Source: Octopus sinensis
Lineage: Eukaryota
Direction of reading: 5' to 3'
Length of the DNA stretch: 64,000 nt
Assembly: GCF_006345805.1 (NCBI RefSeq)
Contig: NC_043003.1
Span: 35,836,001 to 35,900,000, forward strand
Below, piece by piece: positions 25,458-38,995 of the stretch. The stretch's first letter is position 1. Each line of letters begins with the position of its first letter. A program made the translations under genes and the position numbers. Under the pieces are notes generated by a model. It saw nothing but the letters and a program-made list of their open reading frames with translations. It did not search any database and had not been told where the DNA came from.

Positions 25458-25860
25458 AAGTAGCATGTTTACGAACCACATGCTCCCGAGTTCAGTCCCA
25501 CTGCGTGGCACCTTGGGCAAATATCTTCTACTAAAGCCTCGAGCCAACCAAAGTCTTGTGAGTGGATTTGGTAGACGGAAACTGGAAGAAGCCCGTCGTA
25601 TATGTATATATATGTGTGATTGTATCTGTCTGTCTGTGTGTGTGTATGTTTGTGTCTGTTTGTCTCTGCAGCATCGCTTGACAACTGAGGCTGGTGTGTT
25701 TAACGTCCCCGTAACATAGAGGTTCGACAAAAGAGACCGATAGAATAAGTACTAGGTTTACAGAGAATAAGCTCTGGGGTCGATTTGCTCGACAATAAAG
25801 GCGGTGCTCCAATATGGTCGCAGCCAAATGACTGAAACAAGCAAAAGTGTCAAAGAGTAA
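25458..25860 (+). mobile_element. Type A SINE remainder
   Basis: GTTCAGTCCCACTGCGTGGCACCTTGGGCAA...ATGACTGAAACAAG. Confidence 0.85.
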
Positions 25861-27093
25861 ACATACGAGTCGATTTTCTCGAACACGTCAAGATAGTGCC
25901 CCACCATGTCTACGCTCCTATGACTAAAACCAGTGAACGCGAATATGCACATACACGTACGTACGCACACACATACACATATACACCCTTACACTTATAC
26001 ATACATGTGTATGTATTTCAAAATAAAACTCGAAGCAAGAACAAGAAATAGTTGATGTCTGAGAAGAAGCATGCGGTAAGTGGATTAAGACGATAATGAT
26101 GTTGTCAATGTTAAGGACGCTGATTACAATGACAGTGATGACAAATGTCCTCATGGTTCTTGATGGAAATAAAACAGTGACAAATTGTGGTAAGGTGCTC
26201 ACGTGTAAAAGTGAAATTAAATGGCGGTTACGTTAGTATATGTGGCAGATTTGCGTGGGTATGTAATTGCGCTGTGTGGAAATAACAAAAGAGTAAAAAA
26301 AAAATAATGACATTCAAAAAATGAATATAAAACATATAGAACTTTCCGTATAGAAAAACAGTGCATAAAATAAAATGATAAGTAATTAAATAAATAAATG
26401 AATAAACATTAAAAAAAAATCGCTACGAAACAAAAAAAGAATGAAAAACACATGTGAACAGACATTTAGGGTGTGAACATGCAATTGGAAATGGTAGGAG
26501 AAGAATTTGAGAAAAGATGACGAGTTGGAATTTTATTCAGCCACTTAATTCTGGAAGTATGCCGGTGAGAAATGGTCGCTGCGTTTGCAGTCTGACATGT
26601 CTGGTGCCAAAAGTTTCAGAGTGACTTTTCGATTCGACGGGGAAACATTTAGAGAAATGGATAGAAGGGTGCTCCAACACAGAGGGTGTCCCCTCCCTCA
26701 ACACACACACATATGCATGTAGCAGTACAAATCTCTCTCTCTCTCTCTCTCTCTGTATAAATAAATGCTTACACACACACACACACACATATATATATAT
26801 GTACGTATGAATGTATATGTAACATATATATATATATATAAGTTTCTTTATTGGCCACACAGGGCTTCACAGAGATGGGACAAGTTAAAAGGTAGAGCTT
26901 TTCTTTGGGGGATGAAAAAAAAAACAAAAAACAGAAAACAAAAGAAACAAAAAAAAGGTGGCGTAGGTTTTCGATCAAAAGGGATCGTAAAAGGGAAAAA
27001 AAGAACAAAAAATTAGAAAAAAAAAGAGGAAAAGGAGCAAAAGTAAAGAGAAATGAAAAAAAAAGAAGAAAAAAGGGGGAAAAGGGGGAAGAG

Positions 27094-27143
<50 letters not shown>

Positions 27144-27854
27144 TATATATGCTTGTATGTGTGTATGTAGATATACACATAACCACCGTTTCATTTCACT
27201 TTTAGAAATGAGTAACTGATCACTATTTGTCACTGTTTTATTTACTCCAACAATCATGAGGATATTCGTCAGCATTTCAGTAGCATTCAGCGTCCTTAAT
27301 ATCGATATCATCATTACTATTATCAGGTATCAAACCTTCCTGTTATTTTCTTTTGTCTTCAATTGTATTTTGAAATATGTATAAGCATATACGTACACAC
27401 GTACACACATACATATGTATGTCTATACTCACACACACACACCACACACGCGATACATTAACACTGTTAAATAATTATATGCCTTTACATCTGTGTGTAC
27501 GTATACATACGCAGACTGATATTGCGAACAGCTACTACTTTGAATAAACATCTGTTATATGCAATAGTGATAGAATCAAATTAATATGGCAACCTACATA
27601 CTGTACTTGCTTTATATACATCATTGCAATTTACTCTGGTATTCTTCCAGAGATAACATTTCTTGTGGACGTGTTTGAATAATCGCAATATCAGTAAATG
27701 ATTTTCACCACTTCCCTAAGCGTCGTAGGTGACATACATTCTCTTAACATGTAGCTGGTTGTGAGTCAATGTCATTGAGAAGATCGAATGAGACTAAAAT
27801 GCATCTGGTTTTCTCGGTAGACGCTGGTACGGTTTCTTTTCTCTCTCCGTTATA

Positions 27855-28079
27855 CAGGGTGCGGCAGAAGAACGCCCTTTTTGCATTTAATAACTTTTAT
27901 GGTATATTAATGTTTATTAAGTATCTTTTTTTTTATTGAACACAAATTTATTGCATTACTTAATAAAAAATAATAATAATAAACTAATGAAAAAATCGCA
28001 GAAGTTTTAGAATATAAAGAAACTCAATTGGAAACTAGAAAACTCAAATACAAAAAGGCGTTACTTCTGCCACACCCTG
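27855..28079. mobile_element. Tc1/mariner-derived MITE
   Basis: TA-CAGGGTGCGGCAGAAG-AACGCC at left and GGCGTTACTTCTGCCACACCCTG at right; right TA not intact. Confidence 0.7.
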
Positions 28080-28261
28080 AATATTGTTTGAATCTGAAAG
28101 CATGTCCACACGACATAACATCCCATTATGAATTATTTCCATTAACATCCATGTGCCAAGGCACGAAACAGTCAGCTTTTGAGTCATCGGTGACTGCCGA
28201 TTATCACAATAAACGCAAATATACTCCTATTCTGATGTTTGCTTTCCAGTTTGTGTCGGTA

Positions 28262-28460
28262 GCCTCTACACACATTTTTCTCTCCTTTGTTTTCTCTCTT
28301 TGTTTCTTTCTGTGTTCCTTTCTGTGTTCCTTTCTGCGGAAGAGCATAGGCTCGAAACGTAAAATACTTTTTTTTTAATTCCTGAGCGTTATACTAATAC
28401 ATCTGTTTGTTTTCTACACCCTCTGTCTTCGTCTTTTGTTGTTTTGGTAAATTCTCCCTA
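28262..28460 (+). mobile_element. Short non-coding repeat with a minimal hammerhead-like motif
   Basis: CTGCGGA-A-GAGC-ATAG-GCTC-GAAA-CGT-A at 28334-28361, followed by a tail ending in (TA)n. Confidence 0.5.
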
Positions 28461-28468
28461 TATATATG

Positions 28469-28505
<37 letters not shown>

Positions 28506-28689
28506 TTAGTGAAGCAAACAGGGGATTAAACATCAGAATAGGAGTATATTTGAGTTTTATATTATAATCGGCAGACCAGAGATGACTCAAGAGTTGCTTG
28601 TTTCGTGCGTTGGCACATGGATGTAAGACAAAATAACTAGTTGTAAAATCTGAAGAAGATATCAGAGTAGTAACTATACTAACATGTAA

Positions 28690-28980
28690 AGTCAATCATC
28701 ACTTCAAGCTATTTTGCTTCTTGCAAATCTGTGACCGATGGTCGCTTTCTTTCCAATATATTGCTGGCTGGAGCAGACCCTGGATATCGCTCTGGTAACC
28801 AGGTGCTCATGACTGAGTCAGTGGGGAGACCCTGTTGTCTGGTGGAGGTTAGAATGGGTTTGCTTCCACTTCTGGCAGTATGTATTGTATATAAAGGGTG
28901 CAGCATTGCACCGATAACCGGGTGGCAGAAAATCTGCCTGGGATTAACATGGAACAGCCAACTTGATGAGGCGATTGACT
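28690..28980 (-). mobile_element. CR1/L2-like LINE ORF2 C-terminal relic
   Basis: LYIQYILPEVEANPF*PP...QS*A...DIQGL...Y...SL resembles LY..YVRP.LEY...W.P...VQ.RA...I.GL. Confidence 0.4.
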
Positions 28981-29130
28981 TTACTTATATATATATATAT
29001 ATATGTGTGTGTTTGTGTGTGTGTGTGTGTATACGCACTTTTAGGTTTTCTGTTGAATGCAACACTGCATGTCACGACATTTCTTATACAAACCCCTCTA
29101 ATTAAGATAGTGATCAAACAGAAAAAAGCA

Positions 29131-29823
29131 AATGGGTGTATATGCATATTTCAGTAGTTATTGTTCTTTCATCAGCACTTCATCTAACTATTTACGAATA
29201 CATTGCGTAAGTAGCCACTACGTTTGGCGGTGCAACACACTTGGCTAGACCAATTTACATATTAGACACATTCTTGGTAGAAACACAGTACTTCATTTTG
29301 CAATCATAATATATATCACCATGTGTATTAAAGGATTACAATCAACACTGTGCCTTGCTGTTGTGTTAGTACTACGATATTCAAACTTTTTAAGTTTATC
29401 ACTACAGATTTTGTAGGGAATTCAGATCCAGCACTACGACTTTTCGTATACGGATACGTCTATGCAAACAATACGATGGAAGATGGAAAAATTAGGTAAT
29501 GGAAGCTTATGCATATTGCTGAGTTATTGATCTTTCATCATATATACTAGGGTGTATGTATGTATGTTTGTATGTATGTTTGTATGCATGAATGGTTCTT
29601 CCTCGATTACGCTGTATATCTTCTGAAGATCACTGTCTGAAAATATCTACCATGGAATTTCATCTTATTAATGTACTACACATTGATAAAACTGTCATTT
29701 TTATAACGCGATAGCCTTGTTCGGGAAATAGACTAGTGGCTACTTACGCAATGTGTTCGTAAATAGTTAGATGAAGTGCTGATGAAAGAACAATAACTAC
29801 TGAAATATGCATATACACCCATT
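29131..29823. repeat. 90-bp inverted repeats (29131-29220 / 29734-29823), each containing a hammerhead-like motif
   Basis: Arms identical except for one base; no TSD seen. Confidence 0.85.
29770..29823 (+). ncRNA. Type I hammerhead-like motif (mirror copy on the minus strand at 29131-29184)
   Basis: CTGATGA 29779-29785, weak stem II (AG/CT), GAAA 29802-29805, perfect palindrome ATATGCATAT as stem III, AUA site, bulged stem I GATG-AA-GTG/CAC-C-CATT. Confidence 0.45.
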
Positions 29824-30021
29824 GTGGTTTCGATTCCTGGACCGACCGACGCGTTGAGTTCTTGAGCAAAACACTTCATTTCACGTTGCTCCAGTCCACT
29901 CAGCTGGCAAAAATGAGTAACGCTGCGACGGACTGGTGTCCCATCCAGCTTGGGAACACATACGCCTTGGAAACCGGGAAACCGGACCCATGAGCCTGGC
30001 TAGGCTTTAAAAGGGCGCACA
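29824..30021 (+). mobile_element. 5'-truncated SINE sharing its core with type C but carrying a different tail
   Basis: 29849-29918 nearly identical to the reverse complement of 10454-10523; downstream sequence unrelated. Confidence 0.75.
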
Positions 30022-30140
30022 GTTTTAATAAAATTTGGTAAAAAGTTAAAAAAAGTTTTCTCTTCCATATATACCCACTTTCTCACTTTCTCTCTCTTTT
30101 TCTCCCCCCTCTCTCTCTATTTCTCTCAGTCATCTGTTTC

Positions 30141-30180
<40 letters not shown>

Positions 30181-30699
30181 GTATGTATGTATTATGTAGA
30201 TGTGGTGTTTATATATATGTGTATTAGGTGTGTATGCATTTGATGATTGTATATGGATATATGTGTATATATCTATCTCTCAATATATATATGTAATATA
30301 TATATATATATATATGCGCACACATACGCGGCGCGTGTGTGTTTGTCTGAACTATTGTATTTAGAAACTGGAAAAAATCTATTCATTTCATTGAGTAAGA
30401 TTGTATATGTTTCAGTGGTTTCTCGTTTCTGATTGTGCAAACGAGAGACGAAATATACGAACGTGTCAATATATAGTGTTACAACATACATCTAGGTGTG
30501 ATTATTTCGGCGTACTTCAAAATTTTATTGGGTCCCAAATAATCCTAGATGACGTGATGTTGTCTGCTATTTTTATGCAAAAAGATTTTATGAATTCTTT
30601 TTTTCCGTTCCACGCGCAAAAATAAGAGAGAAAAGTAAAGCAGTTCTTGTGTGTGAATTGGGGTGTTAAGGAAATGTTCTTAGTATGCGAGCATCGTTC

Positions 30700-31690
30700 A
30701 GGCTATGTCAAATCCATTATGTACAAAATATAATTTGTTAGACCGTTGTTAGTAAGAGATTACTTAATAAATATTTGTGCTAGGGTTCAATTCGAATGTT
30801 CTACTCATTATAGAAAAGAGGATGTAATAGACTGTTATATAGCTCCAAAAGGTAGGGATCGCTCTTTCACAAACACTCAATATAGAAGAAGCATGTTACT
30901 TAATGAACCATTTAAGCAGAGCATCATTAATTTTATTATCGTTTGGATTTCGGCTATGTTTGCAAAGCAAAGGAGAATGTCATCTTCCGTGTGCCTAAGT
31001 GCATGCAAATATTATGGGTGTCTTTTAGATATTATTATCACATAGACATTGGGGTTTTTTTTTTGTTTTGTTTTGTTTTTGTTTTTTTGCTGTCATCTCC
31101 AACTGTTTTTCACTAATGATTCTTGAAGGGCTACCGTTGAGTGGTCAGATATTAGAAATGTTACATCAACTTGGAGAAGCTAAATTTTCATATACATACT
31201 GACAAGTTTTCTTCTGTTTATAATGATTATATAAACAATACATTTGCTTCATTTGTGGCTCTCCAAAACACTATCTCATGTCTATGGAGAATGCTTTATC
31301 CATAATATTTTAGGAAATATTATTAGAATGGACTTCTAATGTTGCTGACTACTTTAGAACGTATGGGATGTTTGGAATTCATATTATTATAATACAATTC
31401 CTAGTTCAATTTACTATAAGGGCAGTATTTACAAAACGTAACAGAAGTTGTAGCTAAGAACGTGGCTATTCTTATATTTGTATCACGTGTAATATTTCAA
31501 TTTAAGTTGTTGAGTATATTGTCGAACTTTCTGAAAGCATTCATTTTAAGATCATAGTTCGTTTGATAATAATTCATCATAAAGGTAACTATTCAAATCT
31601 TCGATACGAAATTTATTTTAAAAGATATATCGCCTAATTTCCTATCCTTGGGGATATTCCGATATCATTAAACTACGAAAGAAGATGATA
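30700..31690 (-). mobile_element. Very decayed Gypsy-like LTR retrotransposon pol relic
   Basis: In order on the minus strand: YR.IPQG, YLYDELL, KV....LKLK, FW....EA, then integrase-like H...HLGTRKM...C. Confidence 0.35.
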
Positions 31691-31959
31691 ATGATAATAA
31701 TAATAATATTTTTTTCTATAATGGCGGTGCCCCAGCATGGCCACAGCTCATAAGCTGAAACTAGAATCAATCAATCAATCAATCATAGATAAAAGGTTTG
31801 AAATTTTGAGGGAGAGAATAGTTGATTATTTCGACTGTAGTAATCACCTGTTATTCATTTTATCGACGCTGAAAGGCAGAATCGGCCTCGGCGGAATTTG
31901 AACTCAGGACATGAAGAGGAACGAAATGCTCAGTATGCTAACGATTCTGTCAGCTAAAC

Positions 31960-31965
31960 GCCATA

Positions 31966-31996
<31 letters not shown>

Positions 31997-32260
31997 ATAA
32001 TAATAATAATATAATAATAATAATAACAATATTGATATTAATAATGATGATAATAATAATAATAATGATAATAATAATAATAATAATAATAATTATGATG
32101 ATTATAATAATAATAATAATGATGATGATGATGATGATAATGATGATGATGATAATATATAATAATAATAATAATAATAACAATATTAATATTAATAATG
32201 ATAATAATAATAATAATAATAATAACAATATTAATATTAATAATGATAATAATAATAATA

Positions 32261-32308
<48 letters not shown>

Positions 32309-32327
32309 TGATGATGATAATAATAAT

Positions 32328-32370
<43 letters not shown>

Positions 32371-32406
32371 GTAATAATAATAATGATGATGATGACGATG
32401 ATGATG

Positions 32407-32466
<60 letters not shown>

Positions 32467-32498
32467 GCACGCTATAAAAATAAAACTACTGAATAATG

Positions 32499-32535
<37 letters not shown>
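31960..32535. repeat. (ACT)n/(AAT)n/(GAT)n compound microsatellite
   Basis: Direct reading. Confidence 0.95.
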
Positions 32536-32536
<1 letters not shown>

Positions 32537-33644
32537 GAGTTTTCGTAAATATGTCCTCGTGTCTGCAGTCATAATGTTGTCAGAAATATTGATGTGAATC
32601 AACCACTATTCTAACAGCGTTATAATTCCCAATATGCATTACTTCCGGAACCTTAAACTTACTTTGTAGCTAAGATTAGTAAATCGTCGAGATAATATTA
32701 TACTATCTTGAATACTAAACTAAATCCATAAGTAGCAACAGAGTAGGGGCTCAATCTGCAATTAATTTGACCTGAAACACCTACAAATTAGTGGATAATC
32801 AACGAAGTGCATTGTCAAAACGTTAATTGAAGTATGAAATGCTTAATGATTCATGTAAAATATCTCTATAAGTGATTCCGTAATGATAGCTCATTGAAAA
32901 TTGAGACAATTTGCATAAAGTGTTTCAGAATTATCATCTGAAGCCACATTATATTTCGGTACACTTTAATCAAAAATACTGCAAACGCACCGCAGAAACT
33001 GTATCTATCGCAGGGCTAATAAGTAAAGACGATGCTGATGTAGTAGCTCTCATGTAGCGCCATGATCGCTGTAACTGAACAGCCTAAAACAAGAATATAA
33101 GTTATTCAATGTCTCCCTTCTGAAAGCGTTAGAGTGAATTCATAGAAATTTGTTTACTCTTTCTCCCAATATAATCACCGATGTCCTTGCTCCTCGGCAG
33201 ATGTCCATCTTGCTCATAGGTATATTTTGTGAGCTAATCCATCCACTCACAATCACATAGAAAAGAGATAACTAAATATTCAATAATATATATAGCGTGA
33301 TGCAACGTATATTTTCGGAAGGTATACATTCACAAATATAAGACAAAGTACGTATCACCATCATCTAACAACTGCTAAATTTGAGAAATAACACAGTTGG
33401 GCATACGCTACCTATTTATTACATATGAACCAGTCTGTTGCAGGTTCAAGTTCCATATTATCAGCTGAGTGTGATGAAGCATCGTGAAAAAATTGCCTTT
33501 CACAAAGCCAATGTGGTGCCATGATAAAAAATTTAATCGACAAACAATTGAACACGAGCTCAAAGCTTATATCACAACACCACACATCTTCACAGTCAGT
33601 TTTCAATAAAATGTATATATATACATACATATATATTATATATA

Positions 33645-33716
<72 letters not shown>

Positions 33717-33727
33717 ATATATATATA

Positions 33728-34132
33728 TTTACTCTTTTACTCTTTTACTTGTTTCAGTCATTTCACTGCGGCCATGCTGGAGCACCGCCTTTAATCGAGC
33801 AACTCGACCCCGGGACTTATTCTTTTGTAAGCCCAGTACTTATTCTATCGGTCTCTTTTGCCGAACCGCAAGTAACGGGGACATAAACACACCAGCATCG
33901 GTTGTCAAGCAATGCTAGGGGGACAGACACACAAACACACACACATACATATATATATATATACATATATACGACAGGCTTCTTTCAGTTTCCGTCTACC
34001 AAATCCACTCACAAGGCATTGGTCGGCCCGGGGCTATAGAAGAAGACAGTTGCCCAAGATGCCACGCAGTGGAACTGAACCCGGAACCATGTGGTTGGTT
34101 AGCAAGCTACTTACCACACAGCCACTCCTGCG

Positions 34133-34134
<2 letters not shown>
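33728..34134 (-). mobile_element. Full-length type A SINE
   Basis: Reverse complement begins GGCGCAGGAGTGGCTGTGTGGTAAG and ends (GAGTAAAA)n. Confidence 0.9.
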
Positions 34135-34167
<33 letters not shown>

Positions 34168-34210
34168 ATATATATACTATATATATATATATATTATATA
34201 TATTATATAA

Positions 34211-34614
34211 TTAGGGCTTAGTAAATAAATTACTTTGCCACATACTGAACTTAATAGAAATAGCAGCCCCAAAAATTTTTTTAGCCATTTCTACTACTTA
34301 AAGAAAATTTCTCTCAGATAATGTTTACTCAAGATAACTCACGAAGGTATGGAGGTAATACAGAAAAATATCACATGTACAAAGATCATTTGAGAACGTC
34401 AACGTTTCTAGATTAGCCAATAAATCAGCAGTTCTTTCGTCAGCTCAAAATTTCTTAATTTGGATTTGGAAACACTAACAAGAAAGAACTTTACCTCTCG
34501 GCGAACTTATCACCTCAGATGAACCAGCTTAAACTGCCAGTGCTAACAAATTCAAAATGCGCAAGTGTAGATTCCTTCACTCCTCTTCCACCCACGTGGT
34601 CTATCTAGCAAACA
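34211..34614 (-). mobile_element. ~400 bp non-coding element between (TA)n tracts with a central hammerhead
   Basis: Flanked by (TA)n at about 34135-34210 and 34615-34725; no ORF. Confidence 0.55.
34389..34449 (-). ncRNA. Type I hammerhead ribozyme motif
   Basis: TTTGAG-CTGACGA-AAGAACTGCTGATTTATTGGCTAATCTA-GAAA-CGT-TG-ACGT-T-CTCAAA: 6-bp stem I, ACGT/ACGT stem III, GUU site, irregular extended stem II. Confidence 0.7.
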
Positions 34615-34627
34615 TTATATATATATA

Positions 34628-34729
<102 letters not shown>

Positions 34730-35193
34730 GTGATTTTTCAATCCAGAGAGGGAGCTGCTAGGAATTGTAGCCATATGTCCCTCAAATCAACACTCTCTTC
34801 TTTTCAATTAATGACACATCAGACATTGTAGACCAGAAAACAAAATGAGGCAAAAATGAATTGAAAGCTTTAGATCAAAAGTCTACTCTAAACAACAAGG
34901 TTGTAAAAATAAAGAATCAGGAAAAGATTTTTTTCTCAACAACATTGTGGATAAATTATTTTCCAATCCACTGTCGTGACGTTACACGGACTCAAAGTCT
35001 AGTGATTAATATACTCATTACAAGTCTAGAGATTAATACACCAATTATATTTTTTCGATGACTGCATTAGGAAGATTTAGATCCTATTGTCACCGTAGGA
35101 TAAACAAAAGAGACACTTTGGGGAGATATAAACAAATCTTCAATTTCACATAAATAAATAACGCAATTTAACGTATTGAGGAATAATTTTCTC

Positions 35194-35249
<56 letters not shown>

Positions 35250-35624
35250 TATATATATTTTTATTTTAGTTATAAAGTGTATAGAAATAGGATATAAGGT
35301 AATACAAACAATTATGTTTCTCAATTGTTGAATTATCGTCTCTTCCCTCCCAGGATTACCTTTTTCGGTAATACTTGACTACTATTTTGTCTAGCATTTT
35401 GCAACAGTAAAACGTTTAAATATCCTAATTTGAAAAACAGAATTCAAGGGGAGACTGCAGTTTCCGCATGCTGCTGTTAGCGAAGTGATCACCCGTAATG
35501 CGGTACATACCAGTTCATACACACCGTGATGGTTGTTCTTTTTCTTAGTACTTATAATGTAAAGTCCTATATCATTTATATGTGAACCATCAGAGGTTAA
35601 TTTATGCTTATACATAATATTAGA

Positions 35625-35636
35625 CAGACAGATATT

Positions 35637-35677
<41 letters not shown>

Positions 35678-35693
35678 GGATAATGGATAGATG

Positions 35694-35762
<69 letters not shown>
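35625..35762. repeat. (GATA)n microsatellite
   Basis: Direct reading. Confidence 0.95.
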
Positions 35763-36331
35763 GTATGAGATCAAACGTGAGTTGCACGCTTGCGATTTTT
35801 CCTGGCTGTATCAAATCCTTTCTTCCGTTCTCTCTCCGTATATCCAACGAAGGTGAACGCCTGAACGTTTGTACTTTTACTCTATTCAGCTTATAACAAT
35901 TTTATTTCTCTGCGCGTCAGCTTGGCAATAATAAATGTAAAGATCCATTTGGAGGCGCGCGTGTGTGCAAGTGTGCGTGCATGTATGTGTGTGTGTGTGT
36001 GCATGCGTGAGTGTGTATATGCGCGCGCGCGTGTAATTTGGCACTCGTTTCGTCCCCTCATTTACGTACTGATAACACAATATTCATGTTGGGTTTTAAG
36101 ATTTAATTGCTTCTCTGCTCTCGAGTTTTCATTTCATCCTTATATCATTCAACTGTTTTATATCTCTTCCATCAAGCCTCCTTATCTTCAAGATATGTAA
36201 AATTTCTTAATGGTGTTGTTTCTTTTTTCCATATGATTTCAGACTTATTCTTGGTTTTGTATACTCTAAAGGACTGTATATATTTTTTATAATTGATAAT
36301 CGATCATCTGTTTTCAGATTTAGACACATAT

Positions 36332-36382
<51 letters not shown>

Positions 36383-36702
36383 AATATATATTATATATAT
36401 GTATGAATCTGTCTATCTATCTATGTATATGTGTGCGTGTGTGTATCTGTGTCTGTGTGGGTGCTTGTGTGAGTGAGTGTGTATACATACACGTGCGATT
36501 ATATACTATACAAACATACATATAATTATATATATGTATATCATATTATATATATGCATATATACACGCATATATATGTACATGCATACACTTATATAAT
36601 ATATATATAGATTATATATACTATAATATATATATATTATATACATATATGTATACATAAATATATATATAAATAATAAATATATAAATACATAAATATA
36701 TA

Positions 36703-36748
<46 letters not shown>

Positions 36749-38175
36749 TATATATATTATATATATATATAAGAAAATAGATGTACCGCTAATGTGTATA
36801 CACAGCACACCGATATATATATATATATATCGTGTGCTGTGTATACACATTAGCGTACATCTATTTTCTTAATAACATTTCATCATTATGTTCTTATTTG
36901 AAGCTAAGTTTTTCTTTTTAATTCTACTTTTGTAGATTTTAATATATTATTAATGACGCAGCATTAAAGGATTATTGTCATTAAAGGATTGTTACGCATG
37001 CGCACACACATACCACACGCACACACATATCCCACACACACTCGTTACATGCATACATATATATACATATATGTATATATATATATACATGTTTATATAT
37101 ATCATTTGTTATTTTTCGCAATTATTTCAATATGTCGTTAGTTTAATTCATGTTTTCTTTTCTGTAGTGAATGATTCTTGATAGCTTGATTTTAATTAGG
37201 AATTGCTATGGATTTAAATTTAATTTTTGTCTTCTTTTTTTTGTTGTATTTCCTCAGCTTATTCATGAACATCTGTTAATTAAATCTATCTTTAAAGTTT
37301 CCAATGACGGCATGGACGTCAGACAATGTGATTTCACTTTCCATATAAATTGTAACTCTTGCACCTATGCAAGAAATAGCGGTTTGCAAGATTTGAGTAC
37401 TTCGATAAAGAAAAGACAGCAATAATTATCTGGGTTTGTGAATATTTTCTATTTCCATCTGAAGCAACTTATTTTATTAAGGCCATTTATACACTTCAAA
37501 CAGAAAAGGGTATTAAAAATCTCATTTTAATTCATACATTAAAATTCGCTGCTACCAGATTACAAACATCATACATTTCCTTATTTCGTATCAGAAAATG
37601 CGATATAAAATTATAAAGTATTAAAGAGGACAGAAATGTCATCAACATGTATAATGTTTTAGTCGGCCAACTGATAAACTCGTTGTACACTGTCCAAAAT
37701 CGTTAGGGAAGTTTCTTCCGTCTGTTTACGTTGTGAGTTCAAATGCCGCTGAGGGTGACTTCGCTCTTCATCATTTCGGGTGCGAGGAAGTATGTAGATG
37801 TTGAGCACTGGGGTCAATGTAATTGATTTCCCCCTTCAAAATTTCTGGCATTGTTGAAAAATACAAAGGAAAATATACAATATCTAATATTGCTAATTTC
37901 TACACTGGGTAAATACTTCAGCATAATCTGCTGGTATATTTACAGCATCGAGTGCAATATGGTTAAAATCACCTACCGCATATCTGTTAAGCCAAGGAGA
38001 AATTCACTATGAAGTAGTACAGCCTACTAGAAATAGCAACCAAATTGTGTGAAATTCTAACATAACTCATACCATACCTTCTTTAAAATCTTCGGTTAAT
38101 TAGGGTCGGAACATTCTTGATCGATACGTACTTTCATATATGTAGAGAGATAAGCATAGATACATACATATATGC

Positions 38176-38211
<36 letters not shown>

Positions 38212-38269
38212 CATGTGTGGGCGTGTGTGTGTGTGTGTATGTGTGTAATATCGAACAATGAGAATGAGT

Positions 38270-38995
38270 GCTCAACACCGCATTGGTGAATGAATATTAT
38301 TTTTATTTATTTGAAGATTAAAAAGGCTCTCATTAGTTTTAGGTGGAAAGATATTTCAACAATTATCAAGTCTGCCACATAGAACGTTGGCACTCGTCTC
38401 CCTCTAAGATGGAGACGTATACTAACATTCCATGTGACAAGTTTGATTAATGTTGCGAGATATCTTTTCGTTGAAACCATTGCATTTGCAGGTGCATCAT
38501 TTTGGGCACAGTATGAGCAACTACACAAAATCATCAGTCATTTAACCTGTCAGAATTTTTGTCTTGGTAGAAATTTTGTCACCAAAGAAGAACGGAAACA
38601 TGTCATATTCGTGGTGATACTTAACCTTTTAAGATAAATACTTGGCATGGGTCAAACAATTTTCCTATGTGTTTGCAGATTTAAATGGGTTCCTCCGTAG
38701 TACATAGGACTATGTGGAATGTCCACATGTAGTACAGTTCTGATAGTCAAGCGCGATACTTGAAGTTTGGCGATGGACCTCACTGATTTTCTGGAGTTAT
38801 GATTGATAATGTTTTAAATGGGTGGTATGAATTGCGGTATTTTTATAGTGTTGGAACATTGTGAATGGGTTTTCTCTTTGATCCAGTAGAAATATTCACA
38901 CTAGAGTTTTCCAATTCCATCCGAGCTTTGTGTACAAACCATCTTGCAAAATTTAGAAAATTGGCAATTTCTAAATCACCGTGTATCGCATATAA
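38270..38995 (-). mobile_element. Decayed Tc1/mariner-superfamily transposase (DD37D/maT-like)
   Basis: AVIIALYAIHGDLEIANFLNFARWFVHKARMELE..., TPE, and FFGDKI (cf. FFSDEKNF); many disruptions. Confidence 0.7.

Noticed and set aside
29623-29650. CTGAAGA...GAAA inside the 29-kb inverted-repeat element
   Set aside because: Stems I to III do not pair.
35844-35869. CCAACGA-AGG-TGAACG-CCT-GAA-CGT as a hammerhead
   Set aside because: Two core substitutions and a missing A; possibly a fossil of the 28.3-kb type but not supportable.
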